Part shown: piece after piece, positions 51,138-60,407 of the stretch | Numbering within the stretch: position 1 is the first letter of the stretch | Layout of the letters: each line of letters opens with the position of its first letter | Assembly: GCA_030167865.1 (NCBI GenBank) | Contig: JALAGF010003140.1 | Coordinates: forward strand, 1 to 60,407 | Length of the DNA: 60,407 nt | Reading direction: 5' to 3' | Source of the DNA: Craspedostauros australis | Lineage: Eukaryota | Translations under genes and position numbers: made by a program | The notes under the pieces: generated by a model | Seen by the model: only the letters and a program-made list of their open reading frames with translations | What the model was told of the DNA's origin: nothing | Databases searched by the model: none

Positions 51138-51926
51138 TCTCAATCGTGCTCGTACGCAGCTGGACGGGCGATGGATCTTTCCTCTTGTTGCTCTCGGTTG
51201 TCCTTGTTGAGCTGTTGAGCTGTTGAGTTGGATTCACTTTGTTGCTGCTACTATTCCTATGCTTCAGAGTATGGTTTGATGTGGTCGAGGAGGGTCATTC
51301 GATTGTTGCGCGATACTTTATGACTGCAATCGTCAGCAAGAGGCTTTGCTGCAACTTTCTTGCTGGAGACGGATCTCTGCTTTTGCGTTCTGTGTTCGTG
51401 TGTCGTCACCTCCCATGAGTCGCTCCGTGGATTTCGTGGCCTCTCACCCGTCATCTCTCTCTCTCTTGTTCTGTGGCTGTTTGTTGATGTCGGTGCTTCT
51501 CTCTTCGTTTCTTGGTGGAATCGTTGAAGATCGTGTTTGATGGGTGGCCGCATTCTTTCTCCCAGACACGAATGCAATTTTCGCTCTTGTTTCGACATTG
51601 TAGTTTGACCTTCTCTTCCGCAGACACGGTCGAATGAATCGGTTTTCCAACCGTTGCACTCAAGAAAATTCGAGGGACACAGAACCGAAAATGGCGTGTT
51701 GTTCGCCGACGGTGTGCCTCCAACAATGCCAAGGCACAGCAAGACCAGATCCGTCTCCACGAACAAACATAGTTGTACTCTGCTCAACCTGCCCACTCAC
51801 CCACACACATGCACACACCACATTAACCCCTGCAAGCGACTTTCGTGAAGCATCGAATCATCATCAACGGCACGACTCTCAGCAGCAGTTGAAGACGACA
51901 CAAAGAGACCTGTAACATAGTCCAGA

Positions 51927-51970
51927 GCAAGTGACAGCAAGTGACAGCAAGTGACTGCAAGTGACTGCAA
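51927..51970. repeat. 10-bp tandem repeat (GCAAGTGAC[A/T])4
   Basis: Direct reading; ends ~155 nt upstream of the DIX-like gene ATG. Confidence 0.9.
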
Positions 51971-52125
51971 TAGTATCGAGAGAAAGGCTTCACTGACGAC
52001 TGATCCATTGCGAGATCCCGGATCATCCCAAGCACACGGACATCTCACTTTTGATCAGGAACTGCACGGCAGAAGTGCAATCGCAACAACAACAGCGCAG
52101 CAACAAGAAAAGAGCACCTCTTGCG

Positions 52126-53563
52126 ATGACGACCATTCGGTACGTTTCCTTCACTCTCTGCAGACGTTCGGGATATCAGACCATGGAAGCATGTGTCCAC
52201 TTGGGCCTTGGGCACACCCAAGAAGCATGTGTCCACACTTGGGCCTTGAGTACACCCAAGAAGCAAGTGGCGGCTTCGGAATACTCCACTCCATGTACCA
52301 CACGATTCCCACCAGGAGGCGCAAGCCATTCGAGAGTGCTTGTTTGTGGCAATGGAACTCCACCAACAGACTTCCACCATCAAGATGTCTGTGATCACCC
52401 CTGCAATTCATTAGTATTTTCGTGATGGGGGAACGGAGATGCTTCATCGCTGGCAACTGGCAGCCTGCGCGAAAGCTGCTCCTTGTGGTTTACTTCTTCT
52501 TGTCTATTGCACGATGTGCATTCTCAACAATCGATTACTCACAACACTAACCACTTTCATGACTCAAATACAAATGCAACCCATTGTCTCCTTTCGACTT
52601 GGAATGTGGCCATCAAACCATCAATCAAAATGGCGTCTGCGATGCCTTGTGGTGTTCGGGTGGCATACTTTGCGCTTCGCACTCTTCGACGCCGCACCGC
52701 AATAACAAATTCTACATCGCCCAAACCTCACTCACTTGCTGCGCAGCTACTTCATCCCAGAAGACGGTGACGAGGAGAGTTACCCGAATGTGTTCTTGGC
52801 ACCCAAGCCTCGCCAACCAGGGACCCCACCAACCTTGGAGCAGGTCAAGAATGCATTCCCCCTCCCAGGAACCTACCACTTCCGATTCAAAAGCCCGCTT
52901 TACCCAGGAGGCGACCGCGAGAAGGGTGCGCTTGCTGTGTGGATGGATGTCACCAAGGATCACTCCGTCGTCCCCACATGGAAGAACACGATAGTCGCCA
53001 AGGTCAGCCGCACCGGCGTTGAGGACGACGACGAGGACGACGACGCCGATTTCGGCAGAAGCGAGCCGGTCGCGATGTCATCACCCGTTCCAGCCCCACC
53101 CCCGCCGTCTGCACCCAGAGCACCCGTGTCACACCAAAACTCGATGCATTCGAACACCTCGTCGGACCATTTGGATATCTTCGACTCGACAGCAGGCTCC
53201 GCGCCACCATCAACTGGAGCGCCCAACCTTCTCGATGGCCACCACGCACAGCCGCAGGCTCAGGCATACCCACAGAGCGGCGGCGGCGGCGGTTCCAACC
53301 TGCTAGACATGAACGCCGGATACGGCCAGAACCAAGCCCAACCAAACGCGGCACACAACGACTTTTTGGGAATGACGGCGCCATCTCCACAGAATTACCC
53401 GCAGAACGGATACCCAGCCAACACTGCCGCCGCGCCCAGCTCGTACGGAGCACCCACCGCCAGCCAGCCTTCGTATCCGCAGAACACCGGGTACCCAAAG
53501 CAACAGCAGCAACAACAGCAGCAGCAGCAGGGACCATTTGCGGGAATGGGACAGCCATGGTGA
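52126..53563 (+). CDS. DIX-like (ubiquitin-fold) domain protein with P/Q/G-rich tail, ~276 aa; exons 52126-52139 and 52747-53563
   Basis: ATGACGACCATTCG|GTACGT...GCGCAG|CTAC gives MTTIR-YFIPEDGD. Also PTLEQVKNAFPLPGTYHFRFKS and VWMDV..VPTWKNTIVAKV. Confidence 0.82.
52186..52265. repeat. Intronic 36/38-bp tandem duplication
   Basis: GAAGCATGTGTCCACTTGGGCCTTGGGCACACCCAA followed by GAAGCATGTGTCCACACTTGGGCCTTGAGTACACCCAA, then GAAGCA. Confidence 0.9.
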
Positions 53564-54185
53564 TAGCCTTGGACCATCCAGAATCAAACAGCCCGGTTGC
53601 AAGGTGTGATGCGTCCCTCAGAAGTTCCTTCAGCGACGAGTCTTTCCCGAATTGCAATAATGAACGTGTGGCCGATTTGATGAACGACGCAGATGTCGCA
53701 AAAATCAAACAGTTCCACTCTTCCTGTTCAGAGCGAGTACTATTGGTATGGACAGGATCGATCTTCAACATTGGCAAGAAAGGCATCTCAAGCAATGGTA
53801 GCAATCTTCTCACACATTATCATACTGGTAGGCCCTGCATACTAGTAGCAATACGTACGTGTACCAGTGCCACGCATTGCTTCAAAGGGTCGTCTCTTGC
53901 ATGGTATCACTCTTATGGTATGTCCTCGAGCTGAGTCATTCTGCTCTACGATTAGAGAACACGCTTGTTTTGGCGTTCTGCCGCCTATACTCGTACGAGT
54001 ACGTACGGTGCGAGTATGTATCGCACGAGCCGTTAGTAGAGTCGTTTGTACTTCTCCTTTTGTTCAACTGGCATACGAGGTATACCTGCACTCGAAGCGC
54101 ACACACGCCATCTCGTACGGATACCATGCGTCCAATCAATCAGTTCTTCACCGACTCGCTCTTTCTACTTGTGCTGTATGTTTCA

Positions 54186-57100
54186 TCATCGCATGGCCGG
54201 TTTGATCGATAGCTTGTAGCGGTCGCGTCGCTTCTTCGTCCAGCGCCTTGTCGATGTGGTACCAGTTGTGCCTACAGACGCATCCAAGGGCGTACCTGCA
54301 CGCCCTGCAGAAGTGGTCCCACCACCAAGACCGATCTTTGGTGGCATTGGAATTTTGGACACATCGCAACGGATTCCACGGCGCGACCGGTGCGTGATTT
54401 CACGCAACAAGGACAACCGGTCAGTGACTGTGGACTCAGTGGCAGCCTTGTGAATTTCCACCTTGAGACGGTAGTCCGCAACTGCGGCTGTCAAACGACG
54501 TCGCAAGCCTTCGATTGACATGCCCGGAGGGATTCTGGTGACCAAACGGGCAAGATCCGCTCCAAACAGTGCGGCAGCTTCCAACATCGATCCAAACAGC
54601 TTATCATCCTGGACGCAGAAGGAGATGATGTCGTCCCAAAGCATCGAAGTGTACTTGGTTTGTCGCTGGGAATAGGCGACGGCAAGGACGATGGATTCAA
54701 CGCCCTTTAGGTACAGCTCGACCACGCCGCGCGCCTCCGTTTCTGTCTGGTTGCTGAAGTGTTCAATGACGTACGCCAGTTCCAACGCGAAGTCATGCAC
54801 CTCCCGTCGACCTGCCGACAAGTTTGTGGCGGCTACGGCACTGTCGTCATCGTCATCTTCATCGTTGAGGTTGGCTCGTTTCTTCGCCCTCAAAGACTCG
54901 AAGGTTCGTCTTGCTTCGATCGGTCGGATGCCGCCCAGCGGCAATGCCGCCATCAGGAACCGAAGCAGCGGTGTCGTCTTGTGTTCTGCGTTGTATGCCT
55001 CCGTGCCCTTCAAGGAACGTGCCGAATCCTTGGTGTCATGAGCAAAGTCGATGTACAGATCAAAGTGCATCCGATGCAGCTCTGTCACTGCCCGCGGTGG
55101 GTTCGCTGTGTTGGGGAACTTAACGTAGACTTCGGGCTTCTTCGTGAACACCAGATGGAGGTACCAATGCAACAAGGCCGGGCTCTTCTGAAGCTGTGCC
55201 GCGACTTGATCGATGGGCAATGTTTCACGCCGCGGTCCGTCGAGCTGCTCAATCATGTCCTGCTTGTCGCCCACCGGCGACACGCAGTGCTCGATGAGGA
55301 ATGAACCAACCAGATCCAATCCCACTAGACGGATGAGCGCGAATATTGGCATGAAGAGCTTCGAGTCCGTGGACAGGATGAATTCTTCGTTCAGAAGAAG
55401 ACGGTGTAGATGATGCAGCTCGATCAAGCCCAGAACGTAGACGTACGATGTCTCGGAGATCAGCTCGGCCTGGCTGCCGACTGTTGGTGCTGCCATGGGA
55501 CCTTTCTCTTCTTCGTCTTGAATGCATGAGACGGCTTGCTTTTCTAGATCTTGGAGGCTTCTCGTGGAGTGGAACGCTCCGATGGCAAGCAGACTCTTCA
55601 AGGCCAAGTCGTAGCGATCTTGCATCATCCGAATCCGTGCCATGGCGTCCAACGCAAGGCGGCTGTTGGGCACACGTGGGACCGTCAGAGCGCTGTTCTC
55701 ATTTTCGTCGTCGACTTTGTTGTTCGCCGTCGTTGGCTCGTCGCCCTCTCCAGGAAGACTCAGCATGGGCGTGCGCGGTGAAATGATCTTCAGCAGGAAC
55801 TCCTCCGTGCAGAGTGATCGGTTGGAGCTGGCATCGGAAATCCTGTCGATTGCGATCTCATCATCTTCGGATCTTGCGGAGAGAGTGCGCGTCGCGTCGA
55901 AGTTCAGATACAACGCAGAAGTCTGCATGTACCGGCGTTGCAATGACACCTCCGTCTGCTTCAAATCTAACTCGCAGACTTCGCTGTGCTCTTTCACGCT
56001 TCTTGCGAACTTGTAGAGCTTGATATAGTCCTGCAGCACCTTCGTGGGACCCCACGCGACCATGCTGCTGAGGAACTGCGATTCGCCTTCTCTCGCCAGC
56101 TTCTTTAGACCTTCTGCTTCGTCATCATTGCTGCGCCCCGCAGCGGCATTGAGAGTGTCGATTTCATGGAGCATGCCTTTGAGCATGTTGTCATAGACTT
56201 GCTTCGGCAGGATGGGATCTATGGTGCAATAACGTGTCAAAAGCAGTGATGCCAGGGGAATACGAAGATCGGAGAAAAGTGGTGGGAATTTACAAGTCGA
56301 ATGTGAGCGTCGCAAAGTTGGATTCAGAAGAGTATCAGCGATCGGAGATTCATTCGCAGAATGCATGTGTATCTCAGAATCTCTGTGCACCTGTTCCTTC
56401 CTCAAACCATGTCTTTGGAGAGCTTGACTTGTCGTGTAGAGACAAATACATGCAAAATGCAGACAAACGGAGAATCATCCATGGATTCTCACATCCCCAC
56501 ATCAACATCTGGCAATCGCAACCGTGTCTGTTCGCTTACCTCTCACGGGGATATGATCGCGCAGCAGGAACAGTCCACCAGGAATAGTTTCGACGTGTTG
56601 AGTCCATTTGCGCCAGAGATCGATATGCCCGCCAAACAGAGTCGGCATCGACCGAACAGCGAGCTGCACCCTCTTCAAGGATAGGGACGCTGCCCGTGTG
56701 TCTTTCGCGGTGGAATCGCCAGCTGTCGGGTCTTGCCTGTCACGAAGCAAGGCCTCGAAGAACCTGTTCACAAGCTCATTAAGGCTGTACGTGCGAATAT
56801 TGCGCCGGTGCTGTAAGGCGCGAAAGAGCGCTACTCCAGGTCGTTTCCTCTCTAGTGCATGCGCGATGGCGTCGTCGACGTCGGTCATGCGAATGGTGAT
56901 AATATCTTCGCCCGATGTGATGGCCATGATCGGAGGGGGGCCTGTTTGTGACGAATCCATCGTCTCCAACTTGAGATGCAGGCCACGATCGACAAAGCTG
57001 TACATATCGCTGTAGACGCTGCCATCGTCGTTGCCATCGGCATCAACTTTGCCGCTTGGAGCTTCATCTCCATTCCTCGCGCCATTGCTGACGCCTCGTT

Positions 57101-59629
57101 CGCTGAGAGGGCCGCCCATCTGCAGCATTGATGGTTGCGCTTCATGTTCAAACAGGATTGAGGACAGATTCCAGCGTGTATGCGCATCTTTATACTTCTT
57201 TCTTGTGCCCTCCATCAGAGGGGCGAGCAGGGCGTCTTGGATGGGAATATCAGTCTTGTTTTCGCTCCGATCAAGCACTACCTCGGTCTGGTCCTCCATG
57301 CGCTGCAGCATGAAGGACGAGAGCAGGCTGAAGGAGGATGCATCATCTGCCACACCGCCGGGCTTGTTGCCAGGATCTGACAGCATGGGGATCGCGTCAC
57401 TGTACATGATCAAGCCAGTCTCCCGCGAGAGAATCTGCAACTCAACATCGTTGCCTTGGCCTCGTGATGCTCCTGATTGGGGTTCACCATCGCTGTTGCC
57501 ATCGGGCACATCATCTTCATCGTCGCTGTCATCCACGGGAGGGACCAGGCCCAAGATGACGACGTGGTCGTTGTCCAACGGGGCCGCATCGCAGGCGACG
57601 CAATCCAATTCCCATGCCATTGTGCATTGGACGGTCCTCCGTTTCGCAAGAGAGCTGGATGAACCTGGCGTTTGCGATGACGATGATGTCGATGATGCGC
57701 TGTTCGATCCGTTGGTGGCCGTCACTTTCGACTCCTTGATTGTGAGCGACATGAGACAATCACCCCATGCGACAAGCACCTTCGAACTTGTTTCGAACTT
57801 CAGCGTTGGCTTGAGCGATGCGATGGTCGGGTAAAGCGATGGCCTGGCACCCGTCGGACGATCGATGTGTGCGAGTCGCACCAATGTCTCTGAATCGAAT
57901 ATCTTGATCCCGCTGCACGTGGTACGTCACAAGCAGTTTCCAAAGAGCCCAATACAGTTTGCAGTTGTGTCATGTGCATGGTGGGAAGAAGAGAAGTGGA
58001 GGAGTTCATCCAAAGATGTGAGAACAGGAGTCCGCATTGAAGATTCACTCAAACGACAACGAAGATGTGGTTTGGAGAGACGTGCGAATGGTACATAGAG
58101 CAGTTGCCCGTGATTCACGCCGCACAGATCTGTCTGCGCGATTCTAGCGATGCCCGATGTTGGCAGTCATCGCCATCGCCATCACATTGGCTGTCATTTG
58201 GCATTTGCCGTTCAATATCAATTTCAAGCGACAAGATGACGTTCACGATTGTGTCGGTGTGAAGTGGAACAAAAACGTACCATGCATCCGCCCAAGCAAT
58301 GAGTGTTCCTCTCCAGGCGATTGTTTCGATACCTTTGTATGCGGACTCGTCGTTCGCTTTCGGCTGTCCTTGGTAAATGACAGAATCGTTGCGCCGTTGA
58401 AAGAAACCACGCTTCGTAAGCAGCAAACGGCCGTCGAGGAAACCGACCATCATGGCCTTGTTCGTCTTTCGTTTGTAGGCCGGATCGATCGCCAAGGACG
58501 TGGGCAATCCGAAGGAACGCGGATAGTTGATCCGAGACACCTGGACGATAGTCGCTGTCACACAGGGTATTGTACGCGTGATGACGTTGTTGCCGGCCTG
58601 GTTCGTCGAGGCGCCTGCTGCCGCACCGGTGGGCATGCCCGTGAGCGCCGACATGAAGGACGAGAACATGTTGTTCTCGACCGTGCTGGCATTGCCCTGC
58701 GAATTAGATGACACGGCACTCGTCATGGCAGTTGTGTTGGAGTTGGAGGAATCGGGCGATGGTTGTCGCACTCGTCGCAGGGCTGGCGTGTACTTGAGCT
58801 CCCAGACCGTGCATGTACCACCCGCATCAATCGCCGAGAGGATCGTGCCGCTTGCGTCAAACTGAACATCGACGACGGCAGGGTCATTGGATGGATGGCC
58901 GCCCTCCCGTATCCGAAGCTGATCTCTGGGAATGACCGATTCGCCTGATGGCAGGCTGATGAGCGAGATGGCACCTCCGTTCTTGTCATCGTGAGATCCT
59001 GTCGCCATAATGTGGAATGGCTGCTTCCAAAGATCCGAAGTGAGCAGGAGTTGATCTGCATTGCGCCCGGCCTCTCCTTGGGCAGCGGAGCTGCCTCCAG
59101 AAGCCGTGTTTTCAGGTGAGGCGGGATCCAACAGTACCTTGCCAATCGCGGAGCACGTTACTTTGGACACCAAAGTGCCGGCCTTCGGGGACAACGTTGC
59201 TGTCTCTGTCGCTGCTGGTGTTTCGCCGTTTGTTTCAGTCTGTTGCTGTTGCTGTTCCTGCACTGGCACATTCGGGTGCCGTGGTATGGAGCCAGCCATT
59301 CTGGAGTAATGCATGAGAGGCATGGCGTTGTCGTAGTCGCAGAAACCATCGAGGTATCCATTCTGGTAGCCATTTTCCATGAAGGGGTTGGACAGGTCAA
59401 GGTCGTCACGGTCCATGTCGGCGGAGGAACCAGAAACGGTCTCCTCGACAACGCCAGGGATCCCATTCTCCTTTTCCTCTTTTTCGTCGGCCTCGTCGAT
59501 GTCTGTCAGTGTCGCCAGTGTCGAGAGATTCAGCTGATCTAAGTCATTTGGGGTTTCCTGGGTTGCTTCCTCCCCATTGCTGGTTTCGCGCTGCATGGCC
59601 TCGCCATCGGCTGTCGTTAAGCCGGCCAT
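54186..59629 (-). CDS. VPS41: Vacuolar protein sorting 41 (HOPS subunit), ~1584 aa; exons 59629-58281, 57912-56540, 56218-54186
   Basis: PLMHYSRM, IETIAWRGTLIAWADA-CGIKIFD, DVDDAIAHAL, IPVR-DPIL, LWDDIISFC and LVTRIPPGMSIEGLRRRL..DY. Both GT-AG introns restore frame. Confidence 0.88.
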
Positions 59630-60366
59630 CCTGAAGATCGCGGGTGTTGGCGCAGTCGCTCTGCGAATGCGTATGCTTTCGCCTTCGTTCGTCAGATCTG
59701 TTTGGGTTCTGACTGCCTTGGCTTGTTCCGTGGCAACCTGGCGTGTCCTGACCCTGTGCGGACTCTCCTGATAGGATGTCGGACCTCTGCGTGGACTCGT
59801 GCCAGATGACCCCGCTGCACCTCCCTATAGTAATGCTGGTCGTCGCAGGGCTACCGAACGCTCGACAACTGATGCCTGCCTGTTGCTTCCTGGTCTTCTA
59901 GGTCTGGGCTTGTCCTCGTGTACTTGTTGTAGTCGTGTGGTACGACGTGGTACGACGTAATCGTACTTGTTGCGTCTTCCTTCCTCCTTCTCTCCTTCTC
60001 TCTTTGCCTCTGTTGGATTTGGGTCTCCCTGGCGCAGAGAGTTCCTCCACCTCCTTCGTCGTTTCGCTTCTCTCGTGTTGTGGTGGGATCCATCTTGGCT
60101 CCTCTCTTGTCGAGTTCGTTTCCTGGGACACCCGGCAAGTCCATTGAAACGTGCGTTGTTTGACTCATTTGACCAGAGAGATGAATCGAGGCTGTTTAAT
60201 CGAACTAGTCTTACCTCCGCAATCTGTGTCGTTGCATTCGCTGAAAATGACCACTTGATGTCGTGTCGTTAAGTATCATATTTAACGAGATCGTCTATTG
60301 GTGTCCAATGACCGCTGTTGTGACTGTAGTTGTTTAAGTCACGAATCAATCTGATGCACAACTGAA

Positions 60367-60403
60367 AGTGCATTTAATGCACTCCATTTGCATTTAATGC
60401 ACT
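60367..60403. repeat. Palindromic TGCATTTAATGCA unit repeated with 20-bp period at the window end
   Basis: AGTGCATT-T-AATGCACT at 60367-60383; TGCATTTAATGCACT again at 60389-60403. Confidence 0.75.
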
Positions 60404-60407
60404 GCAA

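Noticed and set aside
52186-52265. 36-bp repeat as a CRISPR-like array
   Set aside because: Units are directly adjacent with no spacers, only two copies, inside a eukaryotic intron, no cas genes.

Overview
Eukaryotic nuclear DNA, most consistent with a diatom or related stramenopile alga (bipartite plastid-targeting presequences, DUF6824 repeats, Cys-repeat surface protein); the species cannot be determined. Joining ORF-track fragments at GT-AG sites gives 18 probable protein-coding genes with 12 predicted introns (199-607 nt). In order: chitin synthase; a ~1457-aa single-pass membrane protein with five Cys-rich repeats; a three-domain DUF6824 protein; a METTL21-type methyltransferase; a thylakoid-lumen DUF1499 protein; a Rossmann-fold + split cytidine-deaminase protein; RUVBL2; a small membrane protein; a class-3 lipase; an SGNH/PAF-AH-like protein lacking the catalytic His; a DEK_C + Mrc1/Claspin-like protein; complex I 21-kDa (NUXM-type) subunit; a methyltransferase/dual-specificity-phosphatase fusion; COQ9; an unknown plastid protein; a signal-peptide ubiquilin-like protein; a DIX-like protein with a 14-nt first coding exon; and VPS41. 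No rRNA, tRNA, CRISPR array or intact transposon was recognised. The best candidate for an uncharacterised system is the deaminase, whose N-terminal alpha/beta domain has CARF-like motifs (inference, needs a structure search). All family assignments are from motif recognition, and all splice models are predictions without transcript data.
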